A DNA stretch of 64,000 nucleotides, from the NCBI GenBank assembly GCA_963808235.1, contig CAWEEQ010000004.1:3008001-3072000 (forward strand), in the 5' to 3' direction. Under the pieces are notes generated by a model, which saw nothing but the letters and a program-made list of their open reading frames with translations, was not told the origin of the DNA and did not search any database. The position numbers and the translations under genes were made by a program. This document shows positions 1-9,465 of the stretch, piece after piece (position 1 is the first letter of the stretch; each line of letters opens with the position of its first letter). This DNA comes from an uncultured delta proteobacterium (lineage in GTDB: Bacteria; Desulfobacterota; Binatia; Binatales; Binataceae).

Positions 1-607
1 TCAGCGCCGAGAGACTGCAAAAATAAAATAACTCCGGATCGAAGAGTCCGAGCTTCGCTTCCTCGGAGGCGGCGCGCTTGCGAATGACGTACAGCTTGCG
101 ATCAAGCGCCTCGACATCGTTCACGCCCGGGCCGCGCGCGATGAAAACCTGGCGAATTGCGGGGAGCCCGCGCCGTGCGATCTCTCCACACGCCGACTCG
201 ACGATCGGCACGTCGCGCCACCCGAGCAGGCGCTGGCCTTCCTCATTTACGATTCTTTCAAATGCGTCCTCGCAGTCTTTGCGTTTAACTGCGTCCAGCG
301 GCAGAAAAACCTGGCCGACGCCGTATTCGCCGGGAGCTGGAAGTTCAAAGCCGAGCTTCGCCGTTTCGCGCGCGAAAAAGTCGTGCGGAATCTGGAGCAG
401 AATTCCAGCGCCGTCACCGGTACGAGGATCGCATCCGCATGCGCCGCGATGGGTCAGGTTGTCGAGTACCTGCAGCGCCTTCTTGACGATGTCGTTGGAG
501 CGCTCGCCCTTTATATTCACGACGAAGCCAACTCCGCACGCGTCGTGCTCATGCGCGGGATCGTAGAGACCTTGTGCCTTCGGGATGCTTCGATGTTTAT
601 GCATCAT
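1..607 (-). CDS. gltB: Glutamate synthase large subunit, N-terminal part (runs off window)
   Basis: Manual translation MMHKHRSIPKAQGLYDPAHEHDACGVGFVV...HRGACGCDPRTGDGAGIL is the classic GltB amidotransferase N-terminus. Start overlaps the Lrp stop (TAATG). Absent from the ORF track. Confidence 0.95.
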   Translation of the reverse strand, partial: MMHKHRSIPKAQGLYDPAHEHDACGVGFVVNIKGERSNDIVKKALQVLDNLTHRGACGCDPRTGDGAGILLQIPHDFFARETAKLGFELPAPGEYGVGQVFLPLDAVKRKDCEDAFERIVNEEGQRLLGWRDVPIVESACGEIARRGLPAIRQVFIARGPGVNDVEALDRKLYVIRKRAASEEAKLGLFDPELFYFCSLSAL

Positions 608-1167
608 TACCCCCGTCTCAGATCGGGGAGCGCTGATTTCGCCGACGCGTGACGACTCCGCTTGCCGTTGGACGAATTCTCCGCGTCGCCGTTGGCATGC
701 ACCGAGATCAGTCCGCGCTCGGTATGCGTCGAGAGCACGACCATCGTCTCGGTCCGCGACACTCCCTCGATCGAACGGATCGTGCTGATCAACCGTTCGA
801 GCGACGAAGTGTTGTCGGTTTTGATTTTCAGCATCAGCGTGTGCTGCCCGGTGACGTGATGGCATTCGAGTACGTCTTCGAGCATCGCGACGGTCTCTTC
901 GAAGAGCGCAATTGTTTTCGGATGGGAAATCGAAACGCCGATGAACGCGGTCACGTCCTTGCCGAGCCGGCTCGCGTCGACCGACGCGTGGTAGCCGGTG
1001 ATGATCGCGCTGTCCTCGAGTTTCTTGACGCGCTCGTTGACCGACGGCGCGGAGAGGCCGACCTGGTCTCCGAGTTTGACCAACGGGATGCGCCCGTGCT
1101 CCTGCAGGAGGTTAATAATCTGCAGGTCAATAGCGTCGAGTTCGGGGGAATCTCCACCGAATTTCAT
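607..1167 (-). CDS. Lrp/AsnC family transcriptional regulator
   Basis: LDAIDLQIINLLQ..GR..LGDQVGLSAPSVNERVKKLE HTH plus ECHHVTG RAM domain. Confidence 0.95.
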   Translation of the reverse strand: MKFGGDSPELDAIDLQIINLLQEHGRIPLVKLGDQVGLSAPSVNERVKKLEDSAIITGYHASVDASRLGKDVTAFIGVSISHPKTIALFEETVAMLEDVLECHHVTGQHTLMLKIKTDNTSSLERLISTIRSIEGVSRTETMVVLSTHTERGLISVHANGDAENSSNGKRSRHASAKSALPDLRRG

Positions 1168-1193
1168 AAGGTTATCCTCGTGGGGTGACGACG

Positions 1194-1222
1194 AACTTAG
1201 TAGGGAAACAGAATTGTGTCAA
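1194..1222 (-). promoter_or_regulatory. Putative sigma70 promoter for lrp-gltB
   Basis: Minus strand TTGACA-N17-TAAGTT in an AT-rich intergenic region, 27 nt upstream of the lrp ATG. Confidence 0.6.
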
Positions 1223-1443
1223 GTGTTTATAAGGTGATAGCCAAATAAAACAGTTGTTTATGAAAATCCCGTGTCACTCTACCGATGAACTTTAGGCAGG
1301 AAGGCTCCACTGCCATTTACTCGACATGCGAATCGGGTCGGCAAGTTTCTATGGCACTAGTGCGAACGAAAACCAGCCGAACATTAGGAAACGGAGGAAC
1401 GGGGCTATTTTCTGAGCGTATCGTCAAGCCGCGCGCACGAGTG

Positions 1444-2877
1444 TTACGAATGCGGATATGCGTCGCTGCCCATTTCCAGCGCGTCGAGTCCCGACCATTC
1501 CACTTCGACCAGCACGCGGTTGCCGATCGTTCGCTCTATGATCATGAAGAACAGCATCGCGAGGCCGAACACGACGATCAGGTTGACCGTGACGCCAATC
1601 AATTGCGCGAAGAATTGCCCCGGGTCGCCGTAGAGAATGCCGCGCACCGGACCGGCCACGCCGTTCCATCCGTCCCCGTAGGTTCCGTCGGCAAATAGTC
1701 CGAGTGCGAGTGCTCCCCAGATTCCGCACGCGCCGTGCACCGCGATCGCTCCGACCGGATCGTCGATGCGAAGCCGGCGCTCGAGCTCGATCACTGTCCA
1801 GACAACGATGAGGCCGGCGACGACGCCGATCAGTACCGCGGCCGCGGGCGTGACGAATGCGCACGGCGCCGTTATCGCGACTAGTCCGCCGAGCAAGCCG
1901 TTGGATGCCATCGCGATGTCGGGTTTGTTGAATCGATGCCACAGATAGAGCAGCGCTGCGAGTGCGCCGGCCGCCGAGGAGAGCATCGTGTTCACCGCGA
2001 TGATCGCGATACGGGGATCTGACGCGGCCAGAGTCGAGCCGCAGTTGAAGCCGAACCATCCGAAGGCGAGAATCAGCGTTCCGCTCACGGCCATCGGCAG
2101 ATTGTGTCCCGGCAGCGCGCCGATCGCGCCGTCGCGGCGGAACTTTCCGATTCGCGGTCCCACCATGTACGCGCCCGCCAGCGCGGTCACGCCGCCGGTC
2201 ATGTGCACCACTGAAGATCCGGCGAAATCAAGATGGCCATGTCCAAGTCCGAGATTCATGCCGAGCTGAGAGAGCCATCCGCCGCCCCATACCCAGTTTG
2301 CGTAAAGCGGGTACAGAAACATCGACATGAACAGCCCGTAAACGAAGAACGCTTTGAACTTCCATCGCTCCGCCATCGCGCCGGTCGGAATCGTCGCCGC
2401 GGTATCCATGAAGACCAGCGAGAACAGGAACATGCCGAGGCTGCCAGGATCGCGGCTCACATTGAGCAGCGCGAACTTGCTGAAGCCCAGAATCCCGTAG
2501 GAGTGCGACCCGATCGTAATGGAAAGTTCGCGATGCCCGATTGCGCTACTGCCCAGCGAAGGCCAATGCGCGACCCCGCCCATCATGAATGCGTATCCAG
2601 TCAGCCAGAATCCGATGATGCCGATCGGATAGATGATCAGATTCATCGCCATGGTGTTGACCGCGTTCTTCGAGCGGGTGAATCCCGTCTCCACCATCGC
2701 GAATCCGAGCTGCATGAACATCACGAGGAAGCCCGCGACCAGCAGCCATGCGAGGTTGAGCGAGTTGTCCAGCGGCGGCGACGACGCGGCGGTCTGCGCG
2801 CGCGCCGACGACGAAAATAAGATCACCACGGCGAAAGCGGCGGCGCCAAATACGAGATGCGTTCGTCTGGGAATCAT
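1444..2877 (-). CDS. amtB: Ammonium transporter (Amt family), copy 1
   Basis: FMQLGFAMVETG, DFAGSSVVH, WFGFN, DDPVGAIAVHG motifs. The ATG at 2877 overlaps the kinase stop (ATGA), so it is preferred over the ORF-track start at 2943. Confidence 0.95.
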   Translation of the reverse strand: MIPRRTHLVFGAAAFAVVILFSSSARAQTAASSPPLDNSLNLAWLLVAGFLVMFMQLGFAMVETGFTRSKNAVNTMAMNLIIYPIGIIGFWLTGYAFMMGGVAHWPSLGSSAIGHRELSITIGSHSYGILGFSKFALLNVSRDPGSLGMFLFSLVFMDTAATIPTGAMAERWKFKAFFVYGLFMSMFLYPLYANWVWGGGWLSQLGMNLGLGHGHLDFAGSSVVHMTGGVTALAGAYMVGPRIGKFRRDGAIGALPGHNLPMAVSGTLILAFGWFGFNCGSTLAASDPRIAIIAVNTMLSSAAGALAALLYLWHRFNKPDIAMASNGLLGGLVAITAPCAFVTPAAAVLIGVVAGLIVVWTVIELERRLRIDDPVGAIAVHGACGIWGALALGLFADGTYGDGWNGVAGPVRGILYGDPGQFFAQLIGVTVNLIVVFGLAMLFFMIIERTIGNRVLVEVEWSGLDALEMGSDAYPHS

Positions 2878-3890
2878 CTCAACTGACCTCGGTAAGACCG
2901 GCGCGCCGGAGTTGACGCAGCCGGGTAACGGTTGGCGAGCCAAATCAAAAAAATGAAAATTCCGATCAGCGAGCTGAAGAAGAGCCCGTATACAATCCCG
3001 CGCCGCACTCGTTGCATCGCGAGACTGCGCGGATGCAAGTGCTTCGCGCGGCCCTTGGGCACGACCCGCGAGGGATCGCGAAGATCCTCGAGCATTTCCT
3101 GGGCGCTCGCGTAGCGGTCACGCGGTGCGCGCTCGATCGCATGCAGGATGATCTCTTCGAGATGCGGATCGATATCCGGCTTGAATGCGCTCGGCGGCTG
3201 CGGATCCTCCGCGGTCTTCGAGCGCATCACGTTGTACACGTTGGGACCCGAGTAAGGCAGATTGCCGGTCAGCATCTCGTAGAGGATCACGCCGAGCGAA
3301 TAGATGTCGGTGCGAACGTCGCCGCGCCGCCCGCTGACCTGCTCCGGCGCCATGTAGTCCGGGGTTCCGATCGTCGAGGAAAGACCGGACCAGGTGAGCC
3401 GCCGCGCCGATTCGTCGAGCGCGATTCCGAAGTCCATGATTTTCGTCTTGCCCTCGGCCGTGATGAGCACGTTCTCCGGTTTCAAGTCGCGATGCACCAC
3501 GCGCTCGCCGTGCATGTACACGAGCGTCTCGCAAATCTGGCACGCAATATCGAGCGCCTTTGCGGTCGGTAACCCGCCGGCTTCGCGCATCGTGGCGCGC
3601 AGCGAATCACCTTCGATGTACTCCATCGCGATGTACATCCGGCTCTTGCGCCGAGGTTTGAGCACCTTGACGATCCCGGGATGGTTGAGGCGCTGCCCGA
3701 CTTCTTCTTCGCGTTGGAAGCGGCCGTAGAAAACAACGTCGCTCTCGAACTGCATGTAGGGAACTTTTATCGCGACGGTTGCGCCGCCGATCTGATCGAT
3801 AGCCTTGAAGATCGACGCCATTCCGCTGCGCGCGATCACCTCGGTCAGTTTGTACTGATCGAGGCTTTCACCGACGCTGACCTCGCGCAT
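2874..3890 (-). CDS. Hanks-type Ser/Thr protein kinase with C-terminal TM helix
   Basis: VAIK, HRDLKPEN, DFG, GTPDYMAPEQ motifs; hydrophobic GIVYGLFFSSLIGIFIFLIWLA near the C-terminus. Confidence 0.95.
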   Translation of the reverse strand: MREVSVGESLDQYKLTEVIARSGMASIFKAIDQIGGATVAIKVPYMQFESDVVFYGRFQREEEVGQRLNHPGIVKVLKPRRKSRMYIAMEYIEGDSLRATMREAGGLPTAKALDIACQICETLVYMHGERVVHRDLKPENVLITAEGKTKIMDFGIALDESARRLTWSGLSSTIGTPDYMAPEQVSGRRGDVRTDIYSLGVILYEMLTGNLPYSGPNVYNVMRSKTAEDPQPPSAFKPDIDPHLEEIILHAIERAPRDRYASAQEMLEDLRDPSRVVPKGRAKHLHPRSLAMQRVRRGIVYGLFFSSLIGIFIFLIWLANRYPAASTPARRSYRGQLR

Positions 3891-3985
3891 GTTTGGGGCC
3901 GTCCGGGAAGAAGAGGCGGTTAGCGCAGGCTAACATCGCGCGGACTCGGCAGGCAATGCGGACGCGGTCGAAATCCCGCGTCGCT

Positions 3986-4819
3986 TCATCGCCCGAATAG
4001 TCCGCGCAGTCGCTCCCGCCATCCGCCGGTCGACGCCGTATGGCCGGTCGGCGCCGTCATTTTGAAAATCGCGCAAGTCAGGTTGTCCGCGGTTCCGCGC
4101 TGATTTGCTGCCTCGACCAGCTTGCGGCATCCGGTTTCGGCGTCGCAGTCGCGAGTCAGCGCTTCCAGCTGGTCGGGCTCGATCACGTTGTAGAGTCCGT
4201 CGCTGCACAGGATCAGGCGATCGCGTTCGACGAGCGGCATCGAGATCCTATCGATCGAAACGATCAGCTCGTGACCGAGACTTCGCAGCAACATCCCGCG
4301 TTCCGGATGATCCTTGGCCCGCGCCGCGGACATCAGACCCATGCGGACGCGGTCGGCGACCATGGTGTGGTCCTTGGTTATCTGGGTGAGATGGCTGTTG
4401 CGGATCAGATGCAAGCGGCAATCTCCGACGTGCACCGCGGAGAGAATCCCCTTATCGACTGCGACCGCAGTCAGCGTCGTCGCCATCCGGCACAATTCGG
4501 GTACGATCAGCGCCTTGTCATGAATCTCGATATTTGCGCGCTGGACCGCGCGATGGAGCCGCTTCGATGCTCCCCACTCGACCGGGCTTTCGCGAAAAGC
4601 CTCGAGCGTGACATCGATTGCGATGCGGCTCGCAATTTCGCCGCCCTCATATCCGCCAACCCCGTCGGCAATCGCGAATACGGCCGAGTCCGCATTCTCG
4701 ACAAAGTGCCCGCAGGAATCTTCGTTATTGCGTCGCTTGGTACCAATGTCGGATAGCAGCGCCAAATCGAAGGCCTGCTCGATGGAAGGCGGAGCGGCGG
4801 GCAAAGGTTCCATTGTCAA
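3986..4819 (-). CDS. PP2C/PPM-family Ser/Thr phosphatase
   Basis: RRNNED, ADGVGG, TTLT, HVGD, LCSDGL, DNLT motifs. Confidence 0.95.
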   Translation of the reverse strand: MTMEPLPAAPPSIEQAFDLALLSDIGTKRRNNEDSCGHFVENADSAVFAIADGVGGYEGGEIASRIAIDVTLEAFRESPVEWGASKRLHRAVQRANIEIHDKALIVPELCRMATTLTAVAVDKGILSAVHVGDCRLHLIRNSHLTQITKDHTMVADRVRMGLMSAARAKDHPERGMLLRSLGHELIVSIDRISMPLVERDRLILCSDGLYNVIEPDQLEALTRDCDAETGCRKLVEAANQRGTADNLTCAIFKMTAPTGHTASTGGWRERLRGLFGR

Positions 4820-4877
4820 TCAGCTTACCCGGAGATCGCGTGCTCAGGAAAATTCGGTCCACTTTGAAAATGGCCAA

Positions 4878-4907
4878 GGGCGGGCCGCGATCGCTCGCGG
4901 CTCGCCC
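4878..4907 (-). terminator. GC-rich hairpin between APC permease and PP2C genes (weak terminator or mRNA-stabilising stem)
   Basis: gggcgggccgcga-tcgc-tcgcggctcgccc inverted repeat; no strong U-tract. Confidence 0.4.
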
Positions 4908-4944
4908 ATGGAATTATTCGCCAATCCAGCTTGAGTTTCGGGTA

Positions 4945-6612
4945 TCAGGCCGGCTTGGTTACCAGGATAGTTTCCTTCCCACGTCGCTTCGAATTTCGCA
5001 TGAAGTAGATCGCGCCATAGACACCCCAGATTACCGAGAGCGCGACCGCGATTAGTGGCTCCTTCACGCTGCCGAGTCCCTCCAGCGGTCCAATGATGTA
5101 GAAGGCGAGGCACGCGAAGTTCGCGACTGCGCCGAATACCGGTATCACCATGTGCTTGAGGCCGTGGAACTCGTGACGCTCCTGGTAGGCGACGATGCAG
5201 ACGATGTTGGTCAGCCCATAGAGCAGGAACGTTCCGAAGTTCGAGGTCAGCGTCACCAGCAGCAAGCCGTTGGGCAGCGCTGCGAGTGAGGCGTTCGAAC
5301 TCATCCCGATCGCGTACCAGAAGTTATGCGGAAGCGTTGCGATCGTTTTGTCATCGGGAGCCGAGCCGCCCGCGAAATAAAAGAGCGCTGCATAGGCGCC
5401 AATCACTGCCGAGATTGTGGCGAGCACCCAGATCGCGCGATGCGGCGTCAGGTTCTCGCCATGCAGCAAGCCAAAGTGCTCCGGCACTTCCTCGTCACGG
5501 CCCATCGCGTAAGTCACGCGCGCGCCGGTGTTGATGCAGGAGAGCGTGGTGCCGATCAGCGCGAGGAATACCGTCAACGCTTCCATCAGCATGAACGCCT
5601 GGCCGTGGCCGCCCATCAGCGCATTGCCGATGATCACCATCATGTCGCCGAGCGGGGCCGCGGAACCTTTGGCTGCCCCGAGACTGTAGGCGCTGTTCAG
5701 GAAGTAGTTGGCCGCAAAGTATTCGATCAGGTAGCAGAACAAACCCTGAATCGTGAGCGACAGAAGTACTCCGCGAGGAATATCTTTCTTCGGGTTGATC
5801 GCTTCTTCGCCGAGCGCGGTGACGGATTCAAACCCGACCAGCAACAGAATCGCGACCGTCGCCTGCAGCATCACCCAGTCGAAACGATGCGGCAGGATGA
5901 CCGATATTGCGCTCGCGTGCGAGGGATTGTCTCCGCCGAAACCGTACTTGACCGCGGCTGCGACCGTGTTGCCGTTAACATCGAGGCCGAGGCCCATCGA
6001 GCCATGCGGATGCGCCATGCGATAGGCTACCGCCAGCGCCGAGAAGAACAGCAGCGCTACGATCTGGATGCCGTTGATTGCGATGTTGACCATCGTCGAG
6101 CCGTTCACGCCGCGAAACGCGATCCACGCAACTGCGAATGCGAAAATGATCGCGATCAACGCCATGAAGACCGGTCCCGGAATCGACGCGTTGATCGTGT
6201 TGGGCGCGACGTTGCCCACGATGTATCCGATCATGATGCCCATCGTCGCGACCATCACTCCCGGATAAATCCAGTAGTAGAGATGCGACGACCAGCCGAT
6301 CACGAACTTCGCGATACGCGCGAACCTGTAGGCTTTGGTCTTGTTGAGGAACGCCTGCTCGGCGAACAAATACGAACTGCCCGCGCCGGGATACAGCTTG
6401 GCCAGTTCCGAGTACGAGATTGCGGTTGCATACGCGAGCAGCAGCGCGACGAAGATACCGGCCCACATCGCCAGTCCCGACGGGAACGCGTAGCCAGCCT
6501 GCTGGACGAACGTAATCCACAGGAAGGCTCCCGGCGCGATCAGCGCCATCGCGTTGACCGTCACCCCGGTCAGGCCAAGGGTCGGCACCATTTTCTTTTG
6601 TTCTTCAGCCAT
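4945..6612 (-). CDS. APC-family amino acid/amine permease
   Basis: Polytopic hydrophobic protein; YSELAKLYPGAGSSY, GFESVTALGEEAINPKKDIPR, ARVTYAMGRD motifs. Confidence 0.92.
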   Translation of the reverse strand: MAEEQKKMVPTLGLTGVTVNAMALIAPGAFLWITFVQQAGYAFPSGLAMWAGIFVALLLAYATAISYSELAKLYPGAGSSYLFAEQAFLNKTKAYRFARIAKFVIGWSSHLYYWIYPGVMVATMGIMIGYIVGNVAPNTINASIPGPVFMALIAIIFAFAVAWIAFRGVNGSTMVNIAINGIQIVALLFFSALAVAYRMAHPHGSMGLGLDVNGNTVAAAVKYGFGGDNPSHASAISVILPHRFDWVMLQATVAILLLVGFESVTALGEEAINPKKDIPRGVLLSLTIQGLFCYLIEYFAANYFLNSAYSLGAAKGSAAPLGDMMVIIGNALMGGHGQAFMLMEALTVFLALIGTTLSCINTGARVTYAMGRDEEVPEHFGLLHGENLTPHRAIWVLATISAVIGAYAALFYFAGGSAPDDKTIATLPHNFWYAIGMSSNASLAALPNGLLLVTLTSNFGTFLLYGLTNIVCIVAYQERHEFHGLKHMVIPVFGAVANFACLAFYIIGPLEGLGSVKEPLIAVALSVIWGVYGAIYFMRNSKRRGKETILVTKPA

Positions 6613-6738
6613 CTTCCCTCCTCGAATCGCAAAGCGCGGTCGGGACCTGCGCTTTGGGTGCTCCCGTTACGGGCGGGAACCAAAGAGGCGTACAGCACGA
6701 AAAGTGCCATTGAAATTGGCCCGATCAATAGTGAAAAA

Positions 6739-6754
6739 AGCAATGCCAATGCCC
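6739..6754 (-). promoter_or_regulatory. Putative sigma54 (-24/-12) promoter for APC-PP2C-kinase-amt
   Basis: Minus strand GGGCAT-TGGCA-TTGCT (GG-N10-GC), about 130 nt upstream of the APC start. Confidence 0.65.
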
Positions 6755-6832
6755 AAGCGATGGGCATCCGCCTATCAAGTAGTCATCAGCACGCGATGGT
6801 TCGTTCTTTGTGCGACCGATGCCGCGTCGGGC

Positions 6833-7078
6833 TCAGCTAGCTGCGACGATGGCGCGGGCTACCAAGGCTGGAAGTTCGATCGTCATAAAGCAGCTTTCGG
6901 GGAATAGATAGTCTTCGCCGGATTCATCAACCACGCGCACTAGCCGGTGCCCCTCGGCGACCGAGTCGGGAACGACTCTGTAGACCTTGCGGAGTTCAAG
7001 TGATGCCGCGAAACCTCGGTTCCGGACACAGACCACAAAACGAGAATTTCCCGCGCGGTGTTTCAAGATTCCTTTCAA
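6833..7078 (-). CDS. Small conserved hypothetical protein
   Basis: ASLELRKVYRV...RVVDESGEDYLFP resembles a widespread uncharacterised small-protein family (recalled, not searched). Confidence 0.7.
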   Translation of the reverse strand: MKGILKHRAGNSRFVVCVRNRGFAASLELRKVYRVVPDSVAEGHRLVRVVDESGEDYLFPESCFMTIELPALVARAIVAAS

Positions 7079-7148
7079 GATTCCGAGGATAATAGGCGGC
7101 GGGTCACTCCGAAAGACAATACGCCGTCATCACTTTGCGCGATTCATT

Positions 7149-7640
7149 TTAGTTGCCGCATCTCTCCAGCGATTCAAATTGCCAATTGGCCAGTCGATAC
7201 ACCAGGCCGAGCGACTTGAGTTTCATCCCGAGCGACCCGGCCGTTGCCGCCGCGGCTTCCGCGCGGGTGACTATCCCGGCAACGATTGGATCTCCGGAAG
7301 CCGGGTCGAGCACCCGCAGCTCGATCTCGTCAGTATCGGGCAGAGTTGCGAACAGCCGGGAGATCGCGGCGTCGACATCCTGGAGGCATTGCTGCACGAA
7401 TAACTGCGCGGCCCGCTCCGGAGGCACGCCGCGATCCCAGGGATGAATTTTTCTTGCGTGCCATTCGACTTCGAGCCGATTGCGCATCCTCTTGAGCGAA
7501 AGGCCGTCGTTGCGAATTCCCGCCCGACGATTAACCTCGAGCGCCCCGATCACCTTGCGCCGCAGTCGCTGCTGAGCCAGATAGGTTACAAATTTTTTCG
7601 CTGCGCTTATCACAATCCGGTTCCATGCTCGGGCCGGCAC
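7149..7640 (-). CDS. Hypothetical protein
   Basis: 163-aa ORF with natural composition, co-oriented within the nitrogen locus; start uncertain. Confidence 0.6.
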   Translation of the reverse strand: MPARAWNRIVISAAKKFVTYLAQQRLRRKVIGALEVNRRAGIRNDGLSLKRMRNRLEVEWHARKIHPWDRGVPPERAAQLFVQQCLQDVDAAISRLFATLPDTDEIELRVLDPASGDPIVAGIVTRAEAAAATAGSLGMKLKSLGLVYRLANWQFESLERCGN

Positions 7641-7754
7641 GAGTCGTTGGCTGAATACCGACTCGGGCCGGCCCGTCTGCTTCGCGCACTTTAGATGACT
7701 TCCCGCAAAGCCATCGGTGCAGTTAAAAGTTAACCGTTCACTTCGAAGGCGCGA

Positions 7755-9317
7755 TCAGCTTGCCTCCTTCATCTTGATTTTCGGAAGCTTCACGCCGGTG
7801 CGCCGGCCGATTGGTACGTCGTCGATAGTCTTCGGGCACCCGTCGTCACCGTTAACCACATATTCCGGGTACGCCGGGAATCCGTGCTCGTGCAAGTCGA
7901 GTCCTTCAATTTCTCCCTCGGTCGGAATGCGCAGTCTGAAGCTCCACTTGATTGCGTACATAAGGGCCATCGAGACAACGAAGGTCGCGATCGTGATCGA
8001 AAAACTTCCGATCATCTGCGCCTTCAGAACCCCAAAGCCGCCTCCGTAAAAGAGGCCGGTAACAACACTGCTAGTGTCCGCGCCCATCGCGGTCGGCGCG
8101 CCGTACTTGCCGGCAGCGAACAGCCCCAGCGACAGCGTGCCCCAGATTCCCGCGATCATATGCACCGGGACCGCCCCGATAGGATCGTCAATGCGCAGGT
8201 ATTCGAGCAGGTCGATACCCCAGACCACTACGATTCCAGCGCCGATTCCGAGCAGGAACGCGCCCTCGGGATCGACCCAGTAGCAGGGGCAGGTTATCGC
8301 AACCAGTCCGGCCAGGAATCCGTTGACGGTCAGCGCCAGATCCCACTTCTGACCCTTGATGTACGAATAAAAGAGCGATGTCAGGCCCGCCGAGCAGGCT
8401 GCTATCGTCGTGTTGAACGAGACGCGGCCTATGCCTTGTGCATCCATGGCCGAAAGCGTGCTGCCTGGATTGAACCCGTACCATCCGAACCACAGGATGA
8501 GTCCGCCGGTCGCACCGATGATCAAGTCGTGTGGCTTCATCGGTTGACCGCCGTCGCGCTTGAACACGCGTCCGAGCCTGGGTCCGAGTGCGATTGCGCC
8601 CGCCAGAGAGATCGTTCCGCCGATCGTATGGACCACGGTCGATCCCGCGAAATCGTGAAAGTTAACCGGGTTCAGATTCGCCAGCCACCCGTCCGGACCC
8701 CATGCCCAGTGACCGATGATCGGATAGATGAAGCCGGTGACGCCGACGCTGTAGAGCAAGTCGCCGATAAAATCGCAGCGACCGATCATCGCGCCCGAGG
8801 TAACCGTCGAGCAGGTGTCCGCGAATGCATACTGGAATACCCAGTACGCGAGCAGCGGAACGCCGGTGGTGCCGTACGTCGGCGCGAGGCCATGCAGCAT
8901 GAAGCCGGTGGTGCCAATCCATGGCGTTCCCGGACAGAACATGAATGCGAAACCCCACAGCCAGAACGTGACACCGCAGATGCAGGTGTCGGCGATACCT
9001 TCCACCAGGATGTTGACCGTCTCACGTGACCGGGCAAATCCCGACTCCAGCATCACGAATCCAACCTGCATGCAGAAAACCAGGTACGCGGCGACCAGCG
9101 TCCACACCGTATTGATCGCGTTGATATGCGGCGGCGGTAATGCCGGCGCGGTGTCGGCATATGCCGAGGCCGGCAGATACCACTTCGTGATCAGTAACAG
9201 CACCAGTCCGAGCCCGATCATTTTGCCGGCCAATAGCGATCCCGCGTTGCGGCGGACCATCGGGTCACGCCATGCTTCGCGGATCCTCTGCGGTAATCCT
9301 ACTAATCCTGAGTACAT
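7755..9317 (-). CDS. amtB: Ammonium transporter (Amt family), copy 2
   Basis: MQVGFVMLESG, DFAGSTVVH, WYGFNPGS, DDPIGAVPVH, EGLDLHEHG motifs; GGAGGGAG RBS before the ATG at 9317. Confidence 0.95.
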   Translation of the reverse strand: MYSGLVGLPQRIREAWRDPMVRRNAGSLLAGKMIGLGLVLLLITKWYLPASAYADTAPALPPPHINAINTVWTLVAAYLVFCMQVGFVMLESGFARSRETVNILVEGIADTCICGVTFWLWGFAFMFCPGTPWIGTTGFMLHGLAPTYGTTGVPLLAYWVFQYAFADTCSTVTSGAMIGRCDFIGDLLYSVGVTGFIYPIIGHWAWGPDGWLANLNPVNFHDFAGSTVVHTIGGTISLAGAIALGPRLGRVFKRDGGQPMKPHDLIIGATGGLILWFGWYGFNPGSTLSAMDAQGIGRVSFNTTIAACSAGLTSLFYSYIKGQKWDLALTVNGFLAGLVAITCPCYWVDPEGAFLLGIGAGIVVVWGIDLLEYLRIDDPIGAVPVHMIAGIWGTLSLGLFAAGKYGAPTAMGADTSSVVTGLFYGGGFGVLKAQMIGSFSITIATFVVSMALMYAIKWSFRLRIPTEGEIEGLDLHEHGFPAYPEYVVNGDDGCPKTIDDVPIGRRTGVKLPKIKMKEAS

Positions 9318-9405
9318 CAGATCGTCTCCCTCCAAGTTTGATTTTGGCGTTGGCCTGCGCGCCCCAGCCGGCGCGAACGGACGCGGACTTCGCGCCCAGC
9401 AGTGG

Positions 9406-9421
9406 AGCAACTGCGATGCCA
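9406..9421 (-). promoter_or_regulatory. Sigma54 (-24/-12) promoter for amt copy 2
   Basis: Minus strand TGGCAT-CGCAG-TTGCT, near-consensus TGGCAC-N5-TTGCW. Confidence 0.8.
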
Positions 9422-9465
9422 TGCAAATTGCAGCTATTTCAAAACAGGAGATCGTGCACTTTGCA
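9422..9465. promoter_or_regulatory. Two TGCA-N3-TGCA motifs (candidate activator sites)
   Basis: TGCAAATTGCA at 9422-9432 and TGCACTTTGCA at 9455-9465, directly upstream of the sigma54 promoter. Confidence 0.45.

Noticed and set aside
5326-6840. Long antisense ORFs (also 7884-9029, 40548-42197 and others)
   Set aside because: Shadow frames of real genes in GC-rich DNA, with no recognisable motifs.
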